In this document: one piece after another, positions 47,201 through 58,582 of the stretch
How positions within the stretch are numbered: position 1 is the first letter of the stretch
Layout of the letters: every line of letters starts with the position of its first letter
Source of the DNA: Schizochytrium sp. TIO01
Taxonomy: Eukaryota > Protista > Bigyra: Labyrinthulomycetes
Direction of reading: 5' to 3'
DNA length: 64,000 bases
Assembly: GCA_004764695.1 (NCBI GenBank)
Contig: SMSO01000014.1
Location: 6,128,029-6,192,028, forward strand
Translations under genes and position numbers: made by a program
Notes under the pieces: generated by a model
The model's input: only the letters and a program-made list of their open reading frames with translations
The model's database searches: none
What the model was told of the DNA's origin: nothing

Positions 47201-47537
47201 TCTTATTGTCATGAGTAGTTCCACTAATAGGTGCCGAGGCTGTTGAGGTAGCTCCAGCAGGATCGTTTTGCGAGGAAGAACTAGCATCCCGAGTCTCCGC
47301 TTTGCCTGCGCTCTGCGTGGCGTGCTGAGAGTGGGCGCGAGACGCAGTTATTCTATTGGTTGTATTTGATGTTGCTGCAGAGGCTGTTGTCGCAGCAGCG
47401 GCGTGCGCCATGGAGGCAGGACGAGAGGGCGGCGGCGGCGGCGGCGGAGGAGGCGGAGGGTACAGGGCGGCGTCGCGGTGGAGGCAGACCATTGAGGGCT
47501 CCAGGGCGGAGGGCGGAACGCCCACGGCGATGCGCAT
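44217..47537 (-). CDS. Large multidomain protein with NAA40 (NatD)-like GNAT domain, two C2H2 zinc fingers and two putative Tudor/KOW-like modules
   Basis: NAA40-like motifs are FKIMRNNMKPMYEDS..RWDDAEKQQEL, IIGFVAF, ILYIHELQLVPEARQFRIGAYLM, LMLTVQKSNEKARNFYSKGGFSIDEACPS and YRIMSK. The fingers are CHVC..(15)..HNCKHH and CRKC..(12)..HMYLH. The start is uncertain (first ATG 47537; alternative 47411). Confidence 0.85.
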   Translation of the reverse strand: MRIAVGVPPSALEPSMVCLHRDAALYPPPPPPPPPPPSRPASMAHAAAATTASAATSNTTNRITASRAHSQHATQSAGKAETRDASSSSQNDPAGATSTASAPISGTTHDNKNGAVSSSPSSLHSSSSVNSVPCEATQGPDVATPSHPSALDAATSLAGFEVAGAGSSGSSTIPSELGSQAQFSSSTEVSSANGFQTSSTANSFHSTESSTVRNMPLGMGSESAADLASSTASASLVTPTLMTSTTTRRSTRAAAITGKRESSRRRLSPSSCTQSTASDSLRLQVQGRTEPALIETSIMESMESRDDEYEGLVIKPSKPRRRVNKSTKKNTQQTTRARAVTRNKRNTKPFQDSDVEEDQYDEHHFNDDDDKDEDYQEAKASKKRLSPAATRRTNASRRKTTTTKSKQNKQNLRKTQTADAGPQRSPKRRRPSSAATGTRKSRRSMSQSKSPRSHASESFTTDSMLHEHVEIYLGDDKKRLAVVEKEGDVFVLLRFKDDDSLFWEVKSACHLVEDSRAGSEQGTLPVSPQSLSMKSFEDHTPAIVATSAAESRAARAKRREGTRVDYVMQRDVDQTCKDVASERHRIVINRTGQTTGLNNEGTKLPEGGLPISSVRYFCTEMLPNRVADTLFKIMRNNMKPMYEDSQGSNRWDDAEKQQELLCSAGMNFFVVYSDEIKVAPRCADEDDPFMVCLDVLKGVVDQVVENSEGCSPLTSQNLPSSGIVRKDSTVETDGVVDSFSTSVSAENDQKELKIGAEAGQDTTTKDTHNPKNIIGFVAFKTYYEMNKWPILYIHELQLVPEARQFRIGAYLMGHLEDVAYRLKTALLMLTVQKSNEKARNFYSKGGFSIDEACPSLCYQNEDVTYRIMSKVLKKDILKHKCHVCGSAVGYRYPESLQIHNCKHHHEKWPYPCRKCPLGTVKKEQLDRHMYLHGEYKGAPRKGDLTMFVFPANAFDCRDSGGGSCGSSTTSSTTTKKIPRAVDILCQRVTILENGLEGMVIKVVRNKYVVRLDGDSSILRSLRRSEFDLQLPITPDALHRCCSESSSDSDSTKVVAHFDASKLLPPVSGRKEKHPDHDYAIQLHYETNCRRQSRRRGSSGKSSSSSS

Positions 47538-48762
47538 CGCGGCGGACCAGCGCGGGACTCGCTCGGGGAGGCGGTGAGTGCCGAAGCGCAATTGGAGAAC
47601 AGACAATTGAAAACAAACAAATGAGCAAATAATGTTTTCAATCAAACAAAACAACACTCAAAACAAACTAACAATTAAAATAAATAAACAAATAAACAAA
47701 CCAAACAAAACAAACATGAAAATGAACAGATGAATAAACAAAGCGATAACTTAAGAGTTCTAAAATCCTCGCAATGAGTAAGAATAATAATTAACAATTA
47801 TTATTATTTTCTTTCTTTCTTTCTTTCCTCACGTTTCTTCATATTACAATTCAAGATTATCGAATAAAAGTCGAATAAAACAAAGTATGTTAAGCCCTCT
47901 TTCTATGTAGTCCTATGTAATTGCTGCTCCCTGGTACCTACAGGAAACGAGTTCAAAGAGCTTTTACGACTCCTTCTACTTTTAGTACGTAGCAGTGGAT
48001 ACCACTCCGTCTAGGGTTCTCATTTTAGTACAAGGCCCTCCTGTGAGTGGTAGCACAACATTAGTAGTGAATAACGAATAAAAGACGGAACAGAGAAGGA
48101 GCAGAAGAGAGTTCTTGTGGATAACAGACAAATCGTGGCAATAGGGAGTATATATCACTTACATTAAGGTCGAATAAAAGACACGGTAGATAGAACTTGT
48201 AGCGTTTGTGGATGGTTTGGAGAGCACGTCGCTAGAGGCTACTAAGCAGAGGGAGGTGGGAAATGGGTTTTCACGTATCCGCCTCTGTGTTGAGTCTTCG
48301 AAGGACGGTCAACCACGATATTTGACTTTGAAGCCTCAATACAGGTTTTAAATAGGGGAGAGGAGAAGCCAAATTAAAAATAATTAACAATAAATAAGAG
48401 ACCAAATCAGTTGAGATATGAATCAATATTTTAAAAGAAAAGTTTATCGACGGAACTGCTAAAAACGTTAATACTTTGAACTCTGCAAAAAGAACTAAAA
48501 CATTCACATTCATGAAAGAAATGAATGAATGAATGAATGAATGTGTCAATCAATGTGTCCAAGTCGGGCCCGGACCGCGCCTCTGGAAGCCTGTTCCTCT
48601 GGAAACCCTCGAGCTCGAGCTCTTGGATGACGTGCCACTGCGGAACATTCGCAGGCTTTCTCCGTCTCCGCTACGCTCTTTCTCTGCTGCCCAATCGGAC
48701 TTTGTCTGAGTTGGGAAACTCGAGCGACGCGAGAGCTCTTTCTCTCTCCATTTGCCTTTGTT

Positions 48763-48825
48763 ATTCATTCATTCATTCATTCATTCATTCATTCATTCAT
48801 TCATTCATTCATTCATTCATTCATT
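48763..48825. repeat. (ATTC)n microsatellite
   Basis: Perfect ATTC array followed by degenerate copies to ~48905. Confidence 0.95.
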
Positions 48826-51800
48826 GACTCAATTATTCAATAGTTCAATAATTCATTTATTCATTTATTTATTCATTCGTTTATTTATTCATTCATTCGT
48901 TCATTGATTAATGCACCATCCTCGAGATCGATGGGAACTACTACTGTTTAGGTTATGAGGACCACTACGCCGGGAGGAGTGGGGAAATGGAGGCGTCTTT
49001 GAACTTTGGGTATGAATTCATGAGAGAATGTTTTGGAAAGTTTCTTTTGCGCGCCATCTTGACTTGGGGTGAGGTCTAGGGAATAGGTTATGAGGGCGAC
49101 TTAGGAGTACAGAGATCTCATCGCAATGCTTAGGTCCAATCTTTTTATCTTTCTTTTATCTTTCTTTTCTTTTTCTCTCTATGTAACTAAGGCATGAATT
49201 GTTTTTAAAATAAAAAGGGGGAATGAAAGCAACGTTTTTAGCAACTGCGAAAGAAAAAGAAAAGAAAAGAAAAGAATTGCTTCGATTGTGAGAATTCCTG
49301 AAAGCAGGAAAGAAGAACCGAGTGCCGAGTAGACAATGAAGCCGCATTATCCTCATCGACAGCGGCATTTAACCAACCAGCAGAGAAGCGTGCGTGGCAA
49401 GGACCCTCGAAGATGGCTGGTGTCTCACTTAATTATTGTGCACAAAGCAAGCTCAAGATGAATGAATGAGTGTCTCTCTAAATGAGCGAAGGTAATGATG
49501 TGCACATTACATATGGTGCCGAAATCCAAGATGGATGCCGAGACGAAGGACCCAAACGAAAGCTGAGCGATGTCTACAAGCTCAACGTCCTAAATGCCGG
49601 TTTAACTGCCGAGTCTAAAAGAAGGTTCCCATGGCACCCTCTAGTAAACCTCGCTTAAATGAATGAGCGCGCGGCGCATGGAAAGTAAGCTCACCGCAGT
49701 TGCCGTCTCGCTTGGCCATTTCGTGAACGGATCTGTTGACGAGATCCTAGACCAGTCGAATCTAGAACTGACAAAGGGCAGGCTTTGAGCAATTCTGTTG
49801 TGGTGACATTACAAAGAACTGTATGGCACAAGGTTCGTGTCCGCGCAATGCGAAGATCAGCAGAGCTCCGAAACCGGCGAACCGAATCGCTGAAGCCTCC
49901 AGTGACGAGTTTTAGTTCACCACCTCACTCACGAGCGCTTTCCCTCTTTGTAAAATGCAAATGCGGAGTGCGCAAGATCTGAGTGATGGATCATACATAA
50001 CTCACCAGCGACGGCTCGTGAACCTTGGATCACGACTCGTGCATGTATCCTGGTGGAGATCATCCTGCTCCAACACAGAGACGGGCCTCCGATGCAACGC
50101 AGAACTGACGACCCCATTTCGAGACGACTCGGAGTCGTGAACGGCGAAACGTTGAGACAGGCCCCCGAGTGAACAAACGTCTTCTTCGCAAAGAACGTAC
50201 ACCTCCACCACCAGCAGCAGCAGTTCCTGTCTGAGCACCTCCTTCGACTTGGAAGGGCCTTTCCCCAGAACCTGATCTTGCAAAAGCACCTGCCGATCGA
50301 CCAACACCGGTTGCACAACTTGCGCTGGGGCAAGACTTCCTTCCTTGCGCCATTCCAGGCCTGGCAGCGGTGGACCGAGGGTCTCGCCGTGCTTCCCGAG
50401 CAAGGCCTGCAGGCCTGAGCAGCTAGCTGTGTCTCATCGACGGTGTTGGCGCTCTACTTGCCTGAGTGTACCTTTGCGCAGAAGAGATCCATCGTCGTCA
50501 TGAAAGCTGTTTTTAGAGGTCTTCGCTTTCAGAGACTTTGCGGAGTCTTTTCTCTTTTCTCAATAAAATAAAATACATTATATGCACATATTATTATTTT
50601 TCATTCTCCTCCAAAAAGGTTTTTACGTTAAACGTTTTATAATTTATTTTTTACATCTTTTAATTAAATCAGTCGATAATAACTGTTCTTTTCGCATTCA
50701 CAAAATAAGATAAAAACAAATCTAAACAGTACCTTACTTTGCAACCTTAGCAATATCGCTACAGTACAGCATAACGACTTAATGGAAAATACACCCCACA
50801 GAGAAAATAAAAAATAAAAAGAAAGTCACAAGAATAAAAAGTGCCCATTTGAGACAACAAAATCATCATCATCCTCATCAAAATCTTCACCATCACCATC
50901 ACCACCATCCCTTCTTGCGAAGTTTCCGACGCCTCGACAGTCGCCGATCGAGCCCAGAGGCCATGCGCCCTTCCATAGCGGGCAACCGCAGCGCTGCCCT
51001 CATCGTGTCGTGTCATCTGTGATTGATTGATTGATTGATTGATTGATCGATGGATGGATATGCATTGCAAATCGATGGCACAATACCTTCTACCTGAAAG
51101 TTGGTGGCGATCTTCTTTGCAATGGATGTGCACGAAAGAAAGCCACGACTTCCTTCCTCTTCTGCAGCAGCAGCAACCTTCGCACCGTCACCGGATCCCT
51201 CGACGGTCGCGAAGGTCCCGTACCTGCTTACACCCGCCAGAGCGCCGTTCACTCCGTCACTGGAGCGGAATCTAAGTGGAGCATCACTTGGGCAATCGCA
51301 TGCCGGCAGCACCACAAGAGACCCTGCAAGAAGACGGCGCAGGTTCTGCTGCACCGCAGGCGCTATCGGGAGGTCCGGGGTCCGAGGCCACCCGTGCCGC
51401 CACGCTGGTTTGCTCGGGCAGGGACCTGAAGAAGCAGCCGTTGCTGCAATTCTGTCGAAGCTAGTTCACGAATGCAAGTGAAGCAGGTTCTTCAAGATGT
51501 TGAAGGACTGACTTTGGCGAGTCCAGCACGCGCTGGGCAAGACCGCCGCTGACGAAGCTGTGCCGCTGAAGACGCACCACCAGCTTGAACGACCGAGGCG
51601 GCAAGAGCCTGCCTGCTTGGCAAAATGCGGAGAGAGGCCTTTCTTGCGCGGGAGAGTCACAACAGTTGTTGGCACGTTGGGAAAAGCGCGGGATGTTAAG
51701 GTGCTTCCTGGGGAATCCGCGCTATTGTGTATATGGTGTGGGGCACGCGCGTGTGCTGGTTAGAAGGGCGTAGTATGGTGCGGGAATAAGGTGGGTACTG

Positions 51801-54776
51801 CCTGCGTCAGTTGACACTCCGAGCACATGCACGCAGAACTCGAGAAGATCGTGCAAAGGTTGAGCAGAACAAAGCAAGCAGACTTGCTTGAGCAGTGGTG
51901 ATTGGGTGTCACATTGCTCGCATGGGCCTTTGAAGCGTTGTGGATGATGATGCTCGCGTTAGAGAGTTTGGGCGACTTGAGTCTGCGTCTCGCGATTGAG
52001 TTTTGCCAACCTGGCGAGTGAGTTCTTTTTCTTTTCTTTTTTAATTAAATAAAAAGGAAAAAGTGGTATATACGTACGAACTAAGTACTTTGCTAGACGG
52101 AGCAGTATGGATAGTTCGAATGCCTCTCTGCAGTCATCAGATCACAAGACGCTGGACCGGTTCTGAGGAATAAATTTACAAATAATGTGACTGCGGTGGG
52201 CTGTTTTCAATTTTTTAATTATTTTTTTCAATACCTCTGTGCATAAGGGGATCTCGCTAAACTCGAATCTTTTCTATCCGCAATTGCATCAAGTCAACTT
52301 CCTTCCATACATTTACTCTACCTCTACAAAAAGCAAAACAAGAAAATCCCTTTTCCTACTTCGTACACAACCTCTTTCTGTGGAATCTTCCCTCGCCTGA
52401 CCGACTTGTAGCTCAATGCCCTCGCATGTGCAATCTAGGTAAACGCACTGATTTCTGTAGAGTGAAACGATATGATCTTCGAGGTAGGTATTAGCATTAA
52501 AGAGGTAGTGAGGTCGTCTTGAACTCCACTCGCAGTTGAGTGTGTGTTTCAGTTTGTTCAAGGGAGTGCTGTGATTAAACCTTACGTCGGTGGTCACTGG
52601 TACCTTCGAATGCACTTTAACCTGTTAGTTAGCAAGTCCCTTCTGTTTTATTATGTGCACACGCTCGATACTTCGTTTCGGAAGCAGACTTTCATGAACA
52701 CTGAGCTCGATTGTTCGGTACATTCGTGGGTAGTACCCAAGGTACGCACTCGGAATAGTTGCTCCTCTCCTTTTACATTTTTTTTTAATTTAACAGAAGA
52801 GGGAAGGTGTGTTTCGATATGGCTGCTGCTGATACAGAACTCAAAGCAGCCTCATTTACTCTGAGTCGACCTCTTGCTACTTACTTGCCTAGAGAGAACG
52901 CTAACGCAGCTCAAATTTGATTCCTCCTCGTAAATTACACTGCTACAAATCACACAACATGGAGGAAGTCACATTGAGAGGTAAGAGCATTCTTTTTTGT
53001 CTTGTACAACTTAGCAACCAGCAAGGACAGGGTGTCAAGGATCTTGACTCTTTCTTTCTGATTCTCCTCGTGTCATTTGGTAAACCACACAACAGCAACT
53101 TTGAGATATAGGTATAAGTATGACACCATACCTACCGCCGTAATGGTACTCCCTTTCTTCATTTGTATTAAAATATAGAAGGGAGGAAGCCTGGGTACTT
53201 GTGTATGAAGACTGTCTTTAGAGTGAAGACTCTAGTGAGCCTGTTTCATTCCATCCACATTGATAGGATAAGACCATCACAGATTATGAATGCTCACTCG
53301 TCCTTGGACGAACAGGAATGAAAAATAAAATGGATATCTAGCTAGCGATTTGAAAAGTTAATTGTAACGGGTAGAGAACATGACAGCCTAATATATGGAT
53401 GGATTCAATTTGACCGCTCGAAACAAGCAGAACGGGGTCCATTCGTTTGATAAATAAAATATGTTTATGTAAAAAATCAATGATTTGGATAGCGTAGCGG
53501 TATTTTGCTTTGAGACTACGTTGTAGGCATGGACTTTTGCTGTTAAGGCTGTGTCCTCTTGAGACAGTCCAAGGATAATCTTACTGCTGTCAAAATCATT
53601 AACAAGCGCACTTCCATAGTGCTGTATTGTGTTGCTTGTTAACTTATCCAAAACTTACAAATGCATATTAAGTAGCTAGATATTGCGTGCAAACAAATTA
53701 CAGTGTAATTTCGTAAAGGCGTAAAGAAGACTTTGCTATGTATTAGTGGGTTAGACAGAAGCTTTCTGAGCAGGTTGCTGGTCTGAAGGTCTCCGATGTC
53801 CCTTGGCGACCTCTTAAATTATTAGTCTGTTACGATGTATCTTCTAATGGAGGAAACCTACAAAAGAATACCTGCGGAAGTCTATTGAGATGATCTTCTT
53901 TTGAAAACGAGGTACTCCCTTCCCCACGCAGAGTTGCTGCTGTATATTGACCTGGATGAGAGTTAGAGGCACCTTGCTTGGTCTCTTTGCTGGACCAGAT
54001 ATTTAAAAAATAAAACTAAAAACGCTTTAATTAGAAATGAGCGGATGCATTTGCAAAAGCCAGATACACTTTGATATTCGCAAACACATTTTCCTGTACT
54101 CCCCCCTTAATTAAAGAAAAAAATAAAATAGAGCCTATCCCGTTTCTGTTGATGAAGCCAACTGCCCATCTCTCAATGAGCCAATTATTTGACCCTGTAG
54201 ACCAAAGAACAACATGGTCGATATCCTCAATGGACGTTTCTTTGTTGTCGACGTCGTACTACGTAACAAACACTCCACAGGACTATATTTTTTCCCTTTC
54301 TTGCTATTTTTAGATTTTATTCTTTTTGAACTTTAAAATTAAAAAACTAATCATTAAATAAATATGTAAAAAACAATACTGCACGAAATAAGAAATTGAG
54401 TTTGCCAAGCCAAAGCATACCCGAGTCTCTCGCCGCCGCGAGAAACTGTTGCAGCAGAGCATCCGAGGATAGACCATAATTGCCTGTGACCCCCCTTCCA
54501 GAGATAGAGAGAGTCCGGCACATCTTGCCATTGTGGACGGCCTCGCACAGGTATTCTCGGCTACTGGCCTGGCGCAACAACGCGTTTGACTCGCTCGCCC
54601 GTTTGGTCTAAATTCACGCATCGTGGAGACCACGACCCAAGCGCATCTCCGCAAGGCCGAGGGATCGTGAGCGTGTTGCATGTAGCCTGCTAACTGAAGG
54701 ATTTAGAGAAACAACAGGTTAAGATACGAGACGCAGGGCTTGGGGAGCTACAACATCATAACAAGAAAGGGTCAAG

Positions 54777-57065
54777 ATGGTTCACAATGCAACGTCTCGA
54801 GCAGCTCAAAGCAAGCGCAGCTTCAAAAAGCAAAAGATTGAGGGCGAAGAAAGTGACAGGAGCAATGACGACTCTGTCGATGACCGTACAACAGATGAAG
54901 AGGAAGACCAAGGTGAAGATGCTGAGGACGACAGCGATGAGAATGATGAAAGTCAAGTCGAGGATGGGGACAGAAAAAAAGTAAAGAACGTTGTAGACAA
55001 GGTTCAAGCTGACGACGAGGACGACGACGAGGAGAGTGGCAAGAAAACTACTATTGCCAAAAGGCGTAGAGAAAGTAAAAATACTACAAAAGCTAGGGGG
55101 GGGAGCAATAGCAGCAACAATGCCTCGAATGAAGACGAAAATATCGATAACAAGGAAGACGAAGATGAAGGATGATAACATCCTCTTGTCTGAACTGAAG
55201 CGTAAGAAGATGGCAAGGGCTACACGGAAGTCGACCCTCATGAAAGATACTTTAATACGCAATGCACAAAACGTTGCGGCAGCAAATACAATCTCAAACG
55301 CTACTTCCTCTGTACAATCATCCAAAAAGGCCCCACCCGGTAAAGGAAAAGCATCAACAGACAATGACGGAGAAAGTGTGTCTAGCAAAGCAAGCAGCAC
55401 AGCGAGCAGCGCAAAGAATAGTAGGCGATCTGGAAGCATTGCAACAAACGCATCAGCAGGAACTAAGCGTAAACTAGGGAGCCATGGTCGCACGAGTAGT
55501 GTCTCGAGATCTAGCTCTGGCCCAGGGAAAGCGAAACGAGGTGAGTATTATGAAGTATTTTATGACGACCCAAGCGCTGTACTTAAGAAGCAACCGCCAA
55601 GGCGGACACGCCCCCGGTATGAAGGTGACTTTGTTGGCGAAGCCTTAATTTATGGTGATTCCCTAACATGGGCGTTGCAACACGACCAGTTCAGTCGATT
55701 AGAAAAACCTTGGCCAGAACTTTTACGAGCCCGATTAAATGAAAAGGGCTTCACAATTGTTCAATCAAACTTTCTAGAGCGGACCACCGTATACAATGAT
55801 GAGCCAATGCACTCCTTCAAATGGAATGTAGGGACCAAACCTGAGGATTTCAATGGTATTCGGCACTTTGGGTCTGTTTTCTCCAGTCACTCGCCAAAGT
55901 GGCTTATGATTATGCTGGGTACCCATGATCTCAAGTCACGAGTCAGAGAGTATGCAGAGGAACGTGGCCGTCTTGGCCTTCATAAAATTGAAGATACAAA
56001 CAAACCACCCTCTGTGCATGGATCAGATTCTGAAAGCAGTAGTGATGACGAGAATACGAGTGATGGTGATGAGGATGCAGACACCAACAAAGATCGTAGG
56101 GATAGCGAAGATAGCGACATGGAGAATGACAGTGCTCCTCAAAGCAAGGCAGCAGAACAATTTTCGTCCAGGGGGGCTAAAGTGAAAGTTGAAGATGATT
56201 CAACAAAAAATCGTAGCGCCCGTGGTCTTAGTGGTGCAAACAAAAGTAAAAAACCCGATGCGACTATCAGTGCCCAAGATTCGAAGAATCAAAAGCGCGG
56301 AGCTGTTTTAAAGCGAGGTATGAAAGGAGACGGGGAATACGTGAAACGAAAGAACAACCATGATACCGCAAGCCAATCATCATCATCAAGTAGTAGCAGT
56401 AGTAGCAGCAGTAGCAATAGCAGTTTAGAAGATGGCGAGTTTACTTTCTCAGAGCAAACGATTGCCCACAACTGCGAAAGATATATAAAAAAGGCAAGGG
56501 AGATGTACGAAGGTCATTGCCATGAAGGGTAGGTTTTGTTGGACATTTTTGAAAATTAAAGCGGGGGGAGGGGGACCGGAAATGGATAATTAAATAGGGT
56601 AAGACAAACTACGCCTGTAAAATGTGATTGACGAGCAGTCTTGTGAAATGGCTAACTAAAATATTCTGCTTTCCCTCTCGAATGATATTTCGCACTATTG
56701 CCTTGAATTGTGCTTTATCATATATTTGCTTGGAATTATTATACATGTGTTATAGCAATCTGAAAATTCTCTTTGTCACGCCGCCGGAAGTCCGGCTTAC
56801 AGACATATCGCGAAAACTTGGATTTGATGAGGAATCCGTTCGTCTTTCCAAAGAGTTACCAAAGGCATTTGCTCGGCTTTCTCGCCACCACGACGTTGTT
56901 GTAGTTAAGCCAAGCCGAGCAGTCATGAAAGGATCAGTTGATGGAATTCACCCAACCGCGAAAGGCCATGAAGTACTTGCAGATCTCATTTGGACGGCTA
57001 TGCAACCTGAACTGCCCCGACAAACTCGCAAACCCGAGCGCCTCAATGCCCAGCGCCTTGGCTAA
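54777..57065 (+). CDS. SGNH/GDSL hydrolase (arylesterase-like) with long charged N-terminus. Exons 54777-56528 (frame break at ~55170-55175) + 56756-57065
   Basis: Block I is LIYGDSLTW, followed by WPELL, ERTT, NG, SHSP and block III MIMLGTHDLK. The intron runs from GTAGGT (56529) to TATAG (56755), phase 2, in frame. Exon 2 has ILFVTPP and block V DGIHPTAKGH. Confidence 0.85.
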
Positions 57066-57254
57066 CTTTCTCCTTTATGCTATATTAATAATATAAAAAC
57101 AAAACGAAAACAGAAACTAACCCATTCATCACAATTTGGAGCTTTGTTGCTCCGTAGCCACTTCTATTCTTAGCTCCGAAGTTGAAATTCTCATAAGTTG
57201 GACTAGAAGTCGCCTATTGTATATGTAATAGCTTTTGTCATCACACGCAAGTCT

Positions 57255-57941
57255 TTATGACCTCTTTTTCTCTCTCAGAGAAAACGCTAAAGGATCCTTG
57301 ATTGGAATTTCGTTTCCACCAGGCCCTTCATCGACCTCAAAGTACTCTTCTGGGGTCATAAATCGAATATTCCGCGCCTCCGCAAACGCAAGATCTGAGC
57401 TGCCAATGTCCCCTTCCCTGCCTGCCGCATCCCCGACATAAAAAGAGTTGGCGGTGTCAATTTGAATTCCGGCAAGCTCTTCGTAAATGCTCCAAAGCTC
57501 CCCCCCTTCGCTATAGCCTTTTCTGAATTCATCTTTTTGCGTGGATGCAATAAAAGCAATGCCCTGGTTCTCAGAGCCGAGCCTAAGACTTGCAATCATA
57601 TTGTCGATAACCTTCTTAAGTTTGGTGGCTCCCTTGCCATCATGAGCGCTTCGAATGTGGCTCTGGTTCGAGAATATAACAACTCGCCGTCCGCTCTGTA
57701 GCTCGCTGCGCAGCTTTTTCATGACACTTGGATAGCGCCAGGTCCAGTCATTGGCACTTTTTCTTCGCCAGGGAGGCAGACCTGACCACGTCTCGATGAG
57801 TGTATCGTCGAGGTCGAAGCCTGCCACAGCTGAAGTATGCTCCACGGAGGACGAGGCTCGCGAAGACCTCCCATGGCCCATGAGCCGTACAAGAACGTTG
57901 TTGCGGCTGCTGCTGCCGGCCACCAGCGACGTCCACACCAT
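57255..57941 (-). CDS. DNA 3'-phosphatase (PNK3P/HAD domain of PNKP) without kinase domain
   Basis: Motifs VAGFDLDDTLIET, DWTW, VVIFSNQ, DEFRK, SFYVGDAAGR and SDLAFA..NIRFMTPEEYF. The stop follows shortly after the phosphatase domain. ATG at 57941. Confidence 0.92.
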   Translation of the reverse strand: MVWTSLVAGSSSRNNVLVRLMGHGRSSRASSSVEHTSAVAGFDLDDTLIETWSGLPPWRRKSANDWTWRYPSVMKKLRSELQSGRRVVIFSNQSHIRSAHDGKGATKLKKVIDNMIASLRLGSENQGIAFIASTQKDEFRKGYSEGGELWSIYEELAGIQIDTANSFYVGDAAGREGDIGSSDLAFAEARNIRFMTPEEYFEVDEGPGGNEIPIKDPLAFSLREKKRS

Positions 57942-58552
57942 CCTCAAGAAAGCCCACGCGAGGCGGCAAGCTGCACAAAGAGAACCCGCTCGCTTCGCTG
58001 AGGCTGCGGTGATTGCGATTTAAGCGACGCCAGAAATTGCAAACGAACGGCCGAGTGAAAGACTCCGAGAGCATATCTAATATGTAGTTCTACCTATAAG
58101 TGAGTTACCACTAATTGTAAATCACCATATCTACCAAATGCCGCCGTCTATGCCTAACAACGAAAACGTTCAAGAACCTTCCATAGCTTTCAAATAGCTT
58201 GCTAGCAAGCGTTGACGTTGTCAAAGCATGCTGTGAATAGCACGCAAGTCTTCAAAAACCTGTTGGAGAAAGCCAACCTGATTCTGATTAGTGGTTGACT
58301 GATTGATTCTGTACCATTGCTTTTTGTGGGTGCAAATAAATGCAAATGCAAATGAGTGCTTTGCGGAAGAAGTTTGCGGAGCGTGGCTCTCAAAACCAGG
58401 CTTTAGAGAAAAGGAGAGCTAGCGTAGCGATCAAAGCTAAAGCTGTGGCGCTGAAGAAGTGCATCTTCTACAAGTGCTTGACTTGAAGCTCTCTCAAAGG
58501 CTTCGCTCGCTCGAGCTAGCTAGAGACGGAGAAAAGTAACTACTTAGATCAG

Positions 58553-58582
58553 TGTATTGCGCAATATGTATTGCGCAATACA
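58553..58582. promoter_or_regulatory. Tandem duplicated palindrome containing ATTGCGCAAT twice (candidate bZIP sites)
   Basis: The sequence is TGTATTGCGCAATA TGTATTGCGCAATA CA, lying in the divergent intergenic region between the 3'-phosphatase and bZIP genes. Function is inferred only. Confidence 0.35.

Noticed and set aside
54756-55493. 245-aa hydrophobic minus-strand ORF
   Set aside because: It is the antisense of the Lys/Glu/Asp-rich N-terminus of the SGNH gene.
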